Of a DNA stretch of 64,000 nt, positions 1 to 9,136 are shown piece by piece (positions within the stretch are counted from its first letter, which is position 1; each line of letters opens with the position of its first letter). A program made the position numbers and the translations under genes. The notes beneath the pieces were generated by a model, which ran no database searches, was not told where the DNA came from, and saw only the letters and a list, made by a program, of their open reading frames with translations. This stretch comes from Bacteroidota bacterium (GTDB lineage: Bacteria > Bacteroidota > Bacteroidia > Bacteroidales > UBA12481), in NCBI GenBank assembly GCA_018669475.1, contig JABHCC010000189.1, forward strand, positions 18,383-82,382. Direction: 5' to 3'.

Positions 1-1325
1 TGGGCGAATGGTATGGACGATGGATGTACCAGGATAATATGTGGGCTTACAACTATCACCTGGAACATTATGGACATCCATCTGAATTTGGTTATAAAGA
101 TTTTATTCCGATGTGGAAGGCTGAGAATTTCAATCCTGATCCTTTGCTTGCACTATTTAAGAGAGCAGGTGCGAAGTATTTTACCCCCTGTGCAGTTCAC
201 CATGATAATTTCGATTTGTGGGACTCAAAATATCAGCCATGGAATGCCGTTAATATGGGACCCAAAAAGGATCTTATAGGTATGTGGCGTGAGGCTACTA
301 TCAAGCAAGGCTTGAGATTCGGAGTTACCACCCACCTTGCAAGATCATATAGTTGGATGAATACTGCTAATCAGTCAGACAGGGAAGGTCGGCTTGCCGG
401 TGTGCCCTACGATGGTGATGACCCTGAATATGATAGGCTTTACCATAAAAAGCATGAAGATATTTCTTCAAGAGGTCCGGTTGATCCAACTGATGAATGG
501 AAGGAAGAATGGGCTGACAGGATGAAAGATTTGATAGATAATTACCATCCCGACCATTTTTATTTTGATGGAGCTATCCCTTTTAGTGGTGAGGACTATG
601 GTAAAACCGGAATGGATGTGGTCGCACACCTCCTGAATCATTCAATGGAAGTAAATGGTGGAAAACTGGAAGCTGTAATGTGTTACAAGGAGCGTCCCTT
701 CAATGGGATCTTCGTTGATGGGATGTTAACCCTCGATTATGAAAGAGGGAAATCGCCTGAGATCAGGAAAAAACCCTGGCAAACAGATGATACTATCGGA
801 CCATGGGGTTATCGCAAAGGTGCCAAGTATAAGTCAACTAATGCAGTGATAGATAAACTAATCGACATCGTGAGTAAGAACGGAAACCTATTGCTTAATA
901 TTCCAATAAAAGCTGATGGCACTCTTGATGATGAATCAGTTAAGATACTGGAGGAAATTGGTGAGTGGATGGAGATCAATGGAGAAGGAATTTATGGAAC
1001 ACGGCCCTGGTATAGGTTTGGTGATGGTAAAGTGAATGAGATACCTGAAATGGGAAGAACATCATTGTTTACAGAGAAAGATATTCGCTTTACTACAAAG
1101 GATGATCTCCTGTATGCTTTTGTGATGGATTGGCCTGTGAAGAATAAAACTGTATGGATGAAACATATCTCACCCAATAATATTAGTGCCGGTAAGGTAA
1201 AATCAGTTTCTATGCTTGGAGTTGGAGATATCGAATGGAGACAAGACAGGGTAGGATTGTATGTTACCATGCCAAATGAGAAACCGCATAACTTTGCCTA
1301 TGGACTCAAAATTAAATTTGAATAG
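1..1325 (+). CDS. alpha-L-fucosidase, GH29 family (5' end truncated by the window edge)
   Basis: The reading frame is open from nt 3 (GEWYGRWMY...). GH29-type block AVHHDNFDLWDSKYQPWNAVNMGPKKDLIGMW matches the KHHDGFxLWxS pattern. Length and C-terminal beta-sandwich are typical of the family. Confidence 0.85.
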   Translation, partial: GEWYGRWMYQDNMWAYNYHLEHYGHPSEFGYKDFIPMWKAENFNPDPLLALFKRAGAKYFTPCAVHHDNFDLWDSKYQPWNAVNMGPKKDLIGMWREATIKQGLRFGVTTHLARSYSWMNTANQSDREGRLAGVPYDGDDPEYDRLYHKKHEDISSRGPVDPTDEWKEEWADRMKDLIDNYHPDHFYFDGAIPFSGEDYGKTGMDVVAHLLNHSMEVNGGKLEAVMCYKERPFNGIFVDGMLTLDYERGKSPEIRKKPWQTDDTIGPWGYRKGAKYKSTNAVIDKLIDIVSKNGNLLLNIPIKADGTLDDESVKILEEIGEWMEINGEGIYGTRPWYRFGDGKVNEIPEMGRTSLFTEKDIRFTTKDDLLYAFVMDWPVKNKTVWMKHISPNNISAGKVKSVSMLGVGDIEWRQDRVGLYVTMPNEKPHNFAYGLKIKFE

Positions 1326-1346
1326 TTTTATAAGTAGAAGAATGAA

Positions 1347-4300
1347 ATGGATAAAAAAGATCTACTACCAAGAATACAAGAATATATGGGAAATATGAGA
1401 GTATTCAGTTTAGTATCAGCAGGACTTTGCCTGATATTGCTTTTCAGTTGCAGCTTAAAACCTGAAATAAAACCTAACATTGTCTTGTTTTTGGTTGATG
1501 ATATGGGTTGGCAGGAAACTTCAGTCCCTTTTTACAAAGAGCTAACAGAGCTTAATAAACGTTACCATACACCGGCGATGGAAACCCTGGCGGAGCAGGG
1601 AATGAAGTTTACTCAGGCCTATGCTTGTCCCTTGTGCTCTCCAACCCGAGTAAGCCTTATGACAGGTGTTAATTCCGCCCGTCATATGGTTACTAACTGG
1701 ACCCTGCGCAAGAACATCTCTCCCGATCGTGATCACGAAACTCTTGAAATCCCGGTATGGAATGTCAATGGGCTTAGTCCGGTTGAAGGTATTGAGAATA
1801 CATTTGTCGCTAAAACACTTCCAATGTATTTGCAGGAAGTCGGTTATACCACTATTCATGCCGGAAAAGCACATTGGGGAGCAAAAGGAACACCTGGGGA
1901 AGATCCTTTAAATTTGGGATTTGATGTAAATATTGCCGGACATGCAGCAGGAGGTCCGGGCTCATATTATGGTAAATATAACTTTAGTGCGGCCTGGCGC
2001 AATGCCGACCGAATCTGGGATGTGCCCGGTTTGGAGAAATACCATGGACAGGAAATCAACATAACTGAAGCCCTTACTCTGGAGGCCATGGACGAAATGC
2101 AAAAGGCTGTTGAAGATAAAAAACCATTTTATTTATATATGTCACACTATGCCATTCATGCTCCATGGGAGAAGGATGAGCGATTTTATCAGAAATATGC
2201 AGATCGGGGGTTATCCGATTTCGAGGCAACTTATGCTTCTATGATCGAGAGTATGGATAAATCGCTAGGCGACATTATGAATAAAGTACGGGAATTGGCA
2301 ATAGAGGATAATACGATCATTATGTTTATGTCGGATAATGGTTCTCCATCCCAGTGTCCACAGAATGAGCCCCTGCGCGGATGTAAAATCAGCCCTTACG
2401 AAGGAGGAATCCGTGAACCAATGATAGTTTACTGGCCATCCATGACAAAAGCAGGGAGTGTTTGTAATACCCCATTAATCATTGAGGACTTCTTCCCAAC
2501 CATCCTTGAAATGGGTGGTGTGAACTTAAACAAAGTTTCTGAGGAGATAGATGGTATTAGCTTTATCCCACTACTTCAAGGGAAGAAGGTGAGATCAGCT
2601 AAACGGGAGTTTTTCTGGCATTTTCCGCACAATTACGGTTTCGAACCATATAGTGTTATACGTAAGGGAGATTGGAAACTAATTAATTGGTATAAGGATG
2701 GGAAAACTGAGTTATACAATATACCCAATGATATTAGCGAAAAGATTGATTTATCAACTCAACACCCGGAAATTGTAGAAAAACTGGTAACAAGCTTAGG
2801 GAAATATCTAAAATCATGTGGAGCTGGAATACCAATGGAGAAATCCAGCTCGCAATCAGAAACCATTGAATTGGCAAAGCCATCAGAAATTCAATATAAA
2901 TGGCATGAGCAGGAGCGCATTATGTTTGTTTGCCTTGATCCATGTACCTGGCAAGGGAGGGAATATGATAACCATTCTGTTCCGCTGGATCGGATTAATC
3001 CGAAAGATCTGAATACTGACCAATGGTGTGAGGTAGCGCAATCCTGGGGAGCCAAAGAAATACTTTTCGTTGCTAAACATACCGGAGGATTCTGCTGGTG
3101 GCAAACAGAAACGACTGATTATGGAATAAGAAATACTCCATACAAGGAAGGTAAAGGCGATGTACTGAAAGAACTTTCAGAATCATGCAAAGAGTATGGA
3201 TTAAATCTTGGAATTTACGTTTACCCGGGTGATGAAACCTGGGGGGCAGGAATTGGAAGTGGCGGATTGACAAAAGATTCATCGAAACAGGAAGTCTACA
3301 ACAAAGTTTTCCGTCAGCAATTGACTGAAACACTTACCAACTACGGTGAAACTATCGAAGTATGGTTTGACGGAAGTTGTAAAATTGATGTATCAGATAT
3401 TTTAGAGAAGTATGCTAAAAATTCAGTTATCTTCCAGGGGCCACACGCCACCCTGCGCTGGCCAGGAACAGAGTCGGGTAAACTATTCTATCCGGCCTGG
3501 AATACTGTAAAAAGTGAGGACTTTGAAACCGGCGTTTCAACCCAGATCCATGGGGATCCGGATGGAGATATCTGGGCACCTCTTGAAACAAATACAACGC
3601 TATACGATCATCACTGGTTTTGGTCTCCTGAGAAGGAGAAAAAGCGTAAATCTCTGGATCAATTGATGGAATGCTATTATAAATCAGTAGGATATGGCAG
3701 TGTTTTTCTTTTGAATTCCACACCAGATACAAACGGCCTGATTCCTGCAGATGATATAAAATTGTATAAGGCTTTCAGGCAGGAAATCGACAGACGGTTC
3801 AAGAAACCATTGGCAGCGATTAAAAACAAAAAAGGAGAGCTAAAGACCCTCAATTTCAAGCTTACCAAAAAAGTCAACCACCTGATTACCATGGAAGACT
3901 ACCGACAAGGCCACCGGATAAGGGAATACAGTATCGAAGGCTATCGGAATGGTCAATGGGAAGAGCTCTACAAAGGACAGTCTGTGGGTCGTAAAAAAAT
4001 TGACTTCTTCCCAGATGTTGAAATTTCAAAAATCCGTATTAAGGCTCTTAATTCAATCGGAGAGCCCCTGATCAGAAGTCTTTCGGCCTATTATGTGGAA
4101 GACTTTATCCCTCCAAAAAAACAAAGTGTCCATGCCTGGTCAACCTGGGCAAGGATTGGTCAATGGGATAATAATGGCTTTGAAAATGGGATAAAAGAAA
4201 TTAAAGTCGATCTGTCAGCAAAGATTAAATACCCTGGCCAGTTCTCCCTTAAAATAACACCGGATAATTCAGACATTGAAATAGAGATTGTTAATGCAGA

Positions 4301-4478
4301 GATACATTATGAGGGGCATCGTGCATTGGATGAATTCGTGACAGTGGAAGGCAATAGCATCCAAATCAACCGAACTGCTCAGGTGACAGATGAAAGCAGT
4401 TCTGTCATCTACCTCAGCATCAAATGCCAGGAAGCTTGTAAAGGTATAATAGAGTTCAAACCGGCATTGATTTATTAA
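1347..4478 (+). CDS. Three-domain fusion: S1 formylglycine-type sulfatase, GH29-like fucosidase and F5/8-type-C (discoidin)-like domain, plus an extra C-terminal beta-rich region
   Basis: Lipoprotein-like leader (LILLFSC; the true start may be the ATG at 1386 or 1395). Sulfatase motifs LFLVDDMGW and CPLCSPTRVSLMTG (C-x-P-x-R). A Ser-rich linker lies near aa 497-512. The GH29-like part has AKHTGGFCWWQTETTDY and IEVWFDGS. A discoidin-like stretch lies around aa 830-915. Confidence 0.8.
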   Translation: MDKKDLLPRIQEYMGNMRVFSLVSAGLCLILLFSCSLKPEIKPNIVLFLVDDMGWQETSVPFYKELTELNKRYHTPAMETLAEQGMKFTQAYACPLCSPTRVSLMTGVNSARHMVTNWTLRKNISPDRDHETLEIPVWNVNGLSPVEGIENTFVAKTLPMYLQEVGYTTIHAGKAHWGAKGTPGEDPLNLGFDVNIAGHAAGGPGSYYGKYNFSAAWRNADRIWDVPGLEKYHGQEINITEALTLEAMDEMQKAVEDKKPFYLYMSHYAIHAPWEKDERFYQKYADRGLSDFEATYASMIESMDKSLGDIMNKVRELAIEDNTIIMFMSDNGSPSQCPQNEPLRGCKISPYEGGIREPMIVYWPSMTKAGSVCNTPLIIEDFFPTILEMGGVNLNKVSEEIDGISFIPLLQGKKVRSAKREFFWHFPHNYGFEPYSVIRKGDWKLINWYKDGKTELYNIPNDISEKIDLSTQHPEIVEKLVTSLGKYLKSCGAGIPMEKSSSQSETIELAKPSEIQYKWHEQERIMFVCLDPCTWQGREYDNHSVPLDRINPKDLNTDQWCEVAQSWGAKEILFVAKHTGGFCWWQTETTDYGIRNTPYKEGKGDVLKELSESCKEYGLNLGIYVYPGDETWGAGIGSGGLTKDSSKQEVYNKVFRQQLTETLTNYGETIEVWFDGSCKIDVSDILEKYAKNSVIFQGPHATLRWPGTESGKLFYPAWNTVKSEDFETGVSTQIHGDPDGDIWAPLETNTTLYDHHWFWSPEKEKKRKSLDQLMECYYKSVGYGSVFLLNSTPDTNGLIPADDIKLYKAFRQEIDRRFKKPLAAIKNKKGELKTLNFKLTKKVNHLITMEDYRQGHRIREYSIEGYRNGQWEELYKGQSVGRKKIDFFPDVEISKIRIKALNSIGEPLIRSLSAYYVEDFIPPKKQSVHAWSTWARIGQWDNNGFENGIKEIKVDLSAKIKYPGQFSLKITPDNSDIEIEIVNAEIHYEGHRALDEFVTVEGNSIQINRTAQVTDESSSVIYLSIKCQEACKGIIEFKPALIY

Positions 4479-4496
4479 TATTACAAAAAACTAATT

Positions 4497-5879
4497 GTGA
4501 AGAACTCTTTTAATTACAAATACTTAGCGTTTATTGTCCTTATTTCAGCGCTTGGCGGACTATTATTTGGTTACGACTGGGTGGTTATCGGAGGAGCAAA
4601 GCGGTTTTACGAGATTTATTTCGACATAAGAGGAATGCCTGCTTTGCAAGGCTGGGTTATGAGTAGTGCCCTTGTGGGGTGCCTGCTTGGGGCAATTTCA
4701 GCTGGTACAATATCGGATAAGCTCGGCAGGAAAAAACCATTAATTTTCGCAGCTGCCTTATTCACTCTTTCAGCAATAGGCACAGGCGCTTCAAATAGCC
4801 TGACACTTTTTATCTCTTATAGAATTATTGGTGGTTTGGGAATAGGGATGGCTTCTGTTCTTTCACCTATTTACATTGCCGAAGTTTCACCCGCAAACAT
4901 GCGTGGACGATTTGTGGCCATTAACCAGCTTACCATTGTTATTGGAATTTTACTTGCACAAATTATTAACCTGACTATTGCTCAGGATGTTCCTGTCGAT
5001 TATAACGATAGCCAGATTCTGGATTCATGGAATGGCCAGAATGCCTGGCGCTGGATGTTTTGGGCTGAAACATTATTTGCCGGACTATTTTTTCTGTTAG
5101 CCTTTTTTATTCCTGAAAGTCCACGGTGGTTAGTGAAAGCAAAGCAAGGCTCCCTGGCCACATCTGTTTTAACAAAAATAGGAGGTGGAGAATACGGTAA
5201 AACAACATATCAATCAATAAAAGAAACACTTGCACGGGACACCTCAAAAATTGATTTCAAATATTTAAAAAATCCAAAAATTAAACGAATTGTTTTTATT
5301 GGTATGATACTGGCTATCCTGCAACAGTGGTGTGGAATAAATGTTATTTTCAATTATGCCGATGAAATTTTCACACAGGCCGGATATGGAATTAACGATA
5401 TGTTATTCAATATCGTGGCGACAGGAAGTGTTAACCTGTTGTTTACACTTGTTGGTATGGCACTTATCGATCGATGGGGACGAAGGGTATTATTATTGGT
5501 AGGTTTTGGTGGACTCAGTATCATCTACCTGTTTTTCGGGTTGTTTTACCAGCTCGAATTAAAGGGATTTATTATGCTGGCAAGCGTATTAATGGGTATT
5601 TCACTCTATGCCATGACTCTGGCTCCAACAACCTGGGTTGTACTCTCCGAGATTTTTCCAAATAAGGTTCGCGGCCTTGCCATGTCAATTGCAACAATGG
5701 CACTATGGAGTGCTTGTTTTATTTTAACTTATACATTCCCAATTCTGAATAACTGGGCAGGAGCTTCAGGAACATTTTGGGCCTTTGGGGTAATTTGTAT
5801 AGCAGGATTTATTTTTATCAGAAAAGTTCTTCCTGAAACAAAAGGAAAATCACTCGAAGAAATTGAGAAGGAATTGTAG
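4497..5879 (+). CDS. MFS sugar porter (sugar:H+ symporter, XylE/GalP-like)
   Basis: 12-TM profile with sugar-porter signatures GRKKPL, PESPRWL and PETKGKSLEEIE. GTG start. Confidence 0.9.
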   Translation: MKNSFNYKYLAFIVLISALGGLLFGYDWVVIGGAKRFYEIYFDIRGMPALQGWVMSSALVGCLLGAISAGTISDKLGRKKPLIFAAALFTLSAIGTGASNSLTLFISYRIIGGLGIGMASVLSPIYIAEVSPANMRGRFVAINQLTIVIGILLAQIINLTIAQDVPVDYNDSQILDSWNGQNAWRWMFWAETLFAGLFFLLAFFIPESPRWLVKAKQGSLATSVLTKIGGGEYGKTTYQSIKETLARDTSKIDFKYLKNPKIKRIVFIGMILAILQQWCGINVIFNYADEIFTQAGYGINDMLFNIVATGSVNLLFTLVGMALIDRWGRRVLLLVGFGGLSIIYLFFGLFYQLELKGFIMLASVLMGISLYAMTLAPTTWVVLSEIFPNKVRGLAMSIATMALWSACFILTYTFPILNNWAGASGTFWAFGVICIAGFIFIRKVLPETKGKSLEEIEKEL

Positions 5880-5944
5880 GCTGGAAAATAGCATTGGGGC
5901 AAGTACTGGTAGTTTGACGTAAATTGTTGACTAGGGAAAAGAAT

Positions 5945-7144
5945 ATGAAAAAAAAATATTACCTCATAATTGTAATTATTTGCTTACTGTCACCACCACA
6001 GAATTATGCACAGGATACAATTATTGTTTATGATGTTGCAAGTCGAACTATTAATGAAATTCCTCCGGTATTTTTCGATCCATCAATAGCATTTGATAAT
6101 TCATCATATTCTGTCGGTAATCTTGGAAATCAAATTTCCTTGAACCTATCACCACCCACCTCAAACTTGTTCAATGGTACAAATTTTAGCAATATTGAGA
6201 GAGCAGAGTTATTTTACAATGTAACAGATTACCCTGTTAGAGCTGCTGTGAAATTATTTGGGTGGAATCAAAACACATTAGAACATTGCTGTTCAGGTAT
6301 TATGATTTCTGAGAACTTTGTTTTAACAGCTGCCCACTGCATTCAGGACCGATTATCACAAAATTGGAATTACGATAGCATTTTTATTGCTCCATCGTAT
6401 GATAATGGCATAATTCAGCCATCACTACCCAATTCAATTGTAGAAAAATATTATGTCTTTAAATCAAATTATAATCATACCGCATTTGACGACATTGCTT
6501 TGCTCCAATTACATGAGCCTATTGGAAAGGAAATTGGTTGGCTTGGGATGGCGTTTAATTCAAACACAAGTTATTTTTCAAATAAAGTATTTCACAAACT
6601 TAGCTATCCATCTATACCTGATCCGAATAATCCATCATTAATCTACAATGGGGATACGCTATATTATAATTATGGTGAAATAGATGTTCTTGGTCGGTTT
6701 TTGGGTGTAAACGGAGCAACTGGTGTTCCGGGCCAAAGTGGAAGTTCATTGTTTTATACCGATAATAATGAATATTACTCATTTGGCGTTTTGTCATTCT
6801 CAACCGGATACAGACATTATCAAATTACGAACAATATTTTTTATCAGTTTGAGAGTATTATCAATAATAATGCTTCCACTATCATAGGAAAATACGAAAA
6901 GACACCACTAAATATTTATCCAAATCCATTTATAGAATCGGCAGTTTTAGAGTTTAATAATCCGCAGCAAATAAATCACACTTTGAATGTGTATAATGTG
7001 AAAGGTGAGTTAATGCGTGTTATTAATAGCATAACAGAAAATAGAGTAATAATTCACAAAGGAGATTTAGCAAGTGGCATCTACTTTTTTCATCTTCTAA
7101 ATGATAGTCAAATCATCTCTTACGGTAAACTGATAATTGAGTAA
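5945..7144 (+). CDS. Secreted S1 (chymotrypsin-fold, S1B/Glu-endopeptidase-like) serine protease with a T9SS C-terminal sorting domain
   Basis: Signal peptide starting MKKKYYLIIVIICLL. Triad context LTAAHC, DDIALLQL and GQSGSS. The C-terminus YPNPF...GIYFFHLL... is typical of a Por/T9SS CTD. The ORF track starts at a TTG at 5924, but the ATG at 5945 is preferred. Confidence 0.7.
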   Translation: MKKKYYLIIVIICLLSPPQNYAQDTIIVYDVASRTINEIPPVFFDPSIAFDNSSYSVGNLGNQISLNLSPPTSNLFNGTNFSNIERAELFYNVTDYPVRAAVKLFGWNQNTLEHCCSGIMISENFVLTAAHCIQDRLSQNWNYDSIFIAPSYDNGIIQPSLPNSIVEKYYVFKSNYNHTAFDDIALLQLHEPIGKEIGWLGMAFNSNTSYFSNKVFHKLSYPSIPDPNNPSLIYNGDTLYYNYGEIDVLGRFLGVNGATGVPGQSGSSLFYTDNNEYYSFGVLSFSTGYRHYQITNNIFYQFESIINNNASTIIGKYEKTPLNIYPNPFIESAVLEFNNPQQINHTLNVYNVKGELMRVINSITENRVIIHKGDLASGIYFFHLLNDSQIISYGKLIIE

Positions 7145-7207
7145 GAACCTGACTGGCATTTGTACGGCAAATGACTGCAAATCCTACCACCATATTTTAT
7201 ATTGAAA

Positions 7208-8059
7208 TTACCTGTGGAGCTTCCGATACTCCGATGGGGTACAATCCATGACAGATCTGAAGTAATGATTGAAATTAGCAAGGGTATTATACCCGCTGTC
7301 AAAGCATATTTGGGTTACTGATTTTTCAGTTTCAATTAGCATCTTTGCTGCAAGGCCAATGCGAACTTTTTTAACGTATTCCATAAAGGTCAGATTGGTC
7401 TTCTTCTTAAAATACCTGCAAAATGAGCCGGGAGCCATGTTAATCAATTCTGCCACTTTTTTCAACTTAATTCCTTCTTCTATGTGGAGGAAAACATATT
7501 CATACACCCGGTTGATCTGTCCAAGGTCTTTTGTGAAATGGGCCGAATAATTCAATGTTTCTGACAGATAGTCGTAGTCTTCAACGTGAATTAGCTGATT
7601 AAATACATTTAAAAGATTAATGTAACTTTCTAATCCACTCATAGTCACCAGCTGTTCAAGATTTGCCTTTATCTTTTTTGCTTTCTTCCCTTTAAAGGCG
7701 ATTCCCTTATCAGCTTTTTTCAGAAGCTTTTCAACACCTTCCAATTCAGGGATATTGAAGAAATCTGAACGGATAATATTTTCATAAAAATGAATTGTAA
7801 TACATGTTGGTGGTATGTTTGTTTTGATTTCCAGAATTTCCCAGCAATGAGGTATCTCCGGCCCGAGAAGAACCAGATCATTATCCTCAAAACTGGAAAT
7901 GTCATTGCCGACAATTCTTCTTCCCGCTCCTGAAACAATGAAATTCAATTCGAAATTCTTGTGTGAGTGAATTATTGGCAAGCGTTCAGCCAGCTGAATC
8001 TTTCGTGCGATGAAGGAGTGCTTACTGGGGATGTTTATTTTCTCAAAAACATAATCCAT
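7208..8059 (-). CDS. AraC-family transcriptional regulator (cupin sensor plus HTH_18)
   Basis: The N-terminal cupin-like half has HSHKNFELNFIVSGAG. The C-terminal double HTH is ...SFCRYFKKKTNLTFMEYVKKVRIGLAAKML...GYNTLANFNHYFRSVMDCTPSEYR. It is divergent from the 8229 operon. Confidence 0.85.
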   Translation of the reverse strand: MDYVFEKINIPSKHSFIARKIQLAERLPIIHSHKNFELNFIVSGAGRRIVGNDISSFEDNDLVLLGPEIPHCWEILEIKTNIPPTCITIHFYENIIRSDFFNIPELEGVEKLLKKADKGIAFKGKKAKKIKANLEQLVTMSGLESYINLLNVFNQLIHVEDYDYLSETLNYSAHFTKDLGQINRVYEYVFLHIEEGIKLKKVAELINMAPGSFCRYFKKKTNLTFMEYVKKVRIGLAAKMLIETEKSVTQICFDSGYNTLANFNHYFRSVMDCTPSEYRKLHR

Positions 8060-8176
8060 GCCAATGACATTAAATATTGCGCAAAATAGAAAATATTATT
8101 GTCATTTTCTTTGATTTGGGTTAAGAAACAATGTGAATTGACTAAAATAACAGGAGTTAACTATTCTCATATTAGC

Positions 8177-8184
8177 TAATTTTG
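8177..8184 (+). promoter_or_regulatory. Candidate Bacteroidota -7 promoter box (TAATTTTG, matching TAnnTTTG)
   Basis: Exact match to TAnnTTTG about 45 nt upstream of the ATG at 8229. I saw no clear -33 TTTG. Confidence 0.25.
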
Positions 8185-8228
8185 TTTGTTAAGATAATAA
8201 GTACATAAAAGTCAAAAATTCCTTTATT

Positions 8229-9134
8229 ATGCAATTACCTTTAAAAGGAATCATACCACCGGTGATTACTCCCTTGAATAATTATAGTGATCTTGATGTC
8301 GAGGGGCTGCAAAACCTCATTGAGCACCTGATTGCTGGCAATGTGCATGGTCTGTTCCTTCTTGGCACTAATGGTGAAGCTCCTTCACTTAGTTACCAGC
8401 TTCGAAAAGATTTTATTAAATTGACCTGTGATTTAGTAAATCATAGAGTTCCGGTATTAGTTGGAATATCAGATACATCATTCGCTGGCTCACTGGATAT
8501 TTCGGAGTATTCCAAAGCTTGTGGTGCAGATGCAGTTGTTGTTGCTCCACCATATTATTTCCCTGTAGCCGAGGAAGAATTGATTAATTATTTTGAAGCA
8601 CTTACTACAAGGTTGAATTTGCCATTTCTACTGTATAACATGCCAAGCCATACAAAAGTCAACTTATCACTTGAAACAGTCAAAAGAGTGAAAGAAATGG
8701 GAGCAATCGGGATCAAAGATAGCTCAGGAGATATGTTCTTTTTGTATTCCTTAATTGCAGAATTTATTGGTTCGCCAGACTTCTCAATTTTCACCGGTAC
8801 TGAGCTGTTTTTACCCGAAACAATCAGGTATGGAGGCCATGGAGCAGTGGCCGGTGGGGCAAACATTTTCCCTGAGCTCTTTGTTAAACTATATGAAGCA
8901 TCCATAAGTAATGATTCTGAGACAATTGCACGGCTTCGAAACAAAGTGATAATGCTGTATGATACTATTTATAAAGTGGGGAAATTTACATCGCGAATAA
9001 CCAAGGGAATAAAATGTAGTTTATCTGTAATGAGTATTTGTAGTGATTATATGGCACCTCCATTCAGCAATTTTAACTCTGCGGAACGAAAAAAGATAGA
9101 AGAACACCTGAAAGAAATTGCTAAAGTGAACTAA
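8229..9134 (+). CDS. DHDPS / N-acetylneuraminate-lyase family class I aldolase
   Basis: Family motifs GTNGEAPSLS (GTTGE-like), LLYNMPSHT and the Schiff-base lysine context GIKDSSGD. About 300 aa. Confidence 0.8.
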   Translation: MQLPLKGIIPPVITPLNNYSDLDVEGLQNLIEHLIAGNVHGLFLLGTNGEAPSLSYQLRKDFIKLTCDLVNHRVPVLVGISDTSFAGSLDISEYSKACGADAVVVAPPYYFPVAEEELINYFEALTTRLNLPFLLYNMPSHTKVNLSLETVKRVKEMGAIGIKDSSGDMFFLYSLIAEFIGSPDFSIFTGTELFLPETIRYGGHGAVAGGANIFPELFVKLYEASISNDSETIARLRNKVIMLYDTIYKVGKFTSRITKGIKCSLSVMSICSDYMAPPFSNFNSAERKKIEEHLKEIAKVN

Positions 9135-9136
9135 TC

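Noticed and set aside
13-279. 88-aa plus-strand ORF at the window start
   Set aside because: It lies in an alternative frame entirely inside the well-supported GH29 reading frame, and its sequence is low-complexity and Cys/Ile-rich.
7157-7173. Possible terminator hairpin CATTTG-TACGG-CAAATG between the protease and AraC genes
   Set aside because: The stem is only 6 bp, AT-rich, cannot be extended and has no U-tract. This is too weak to call.
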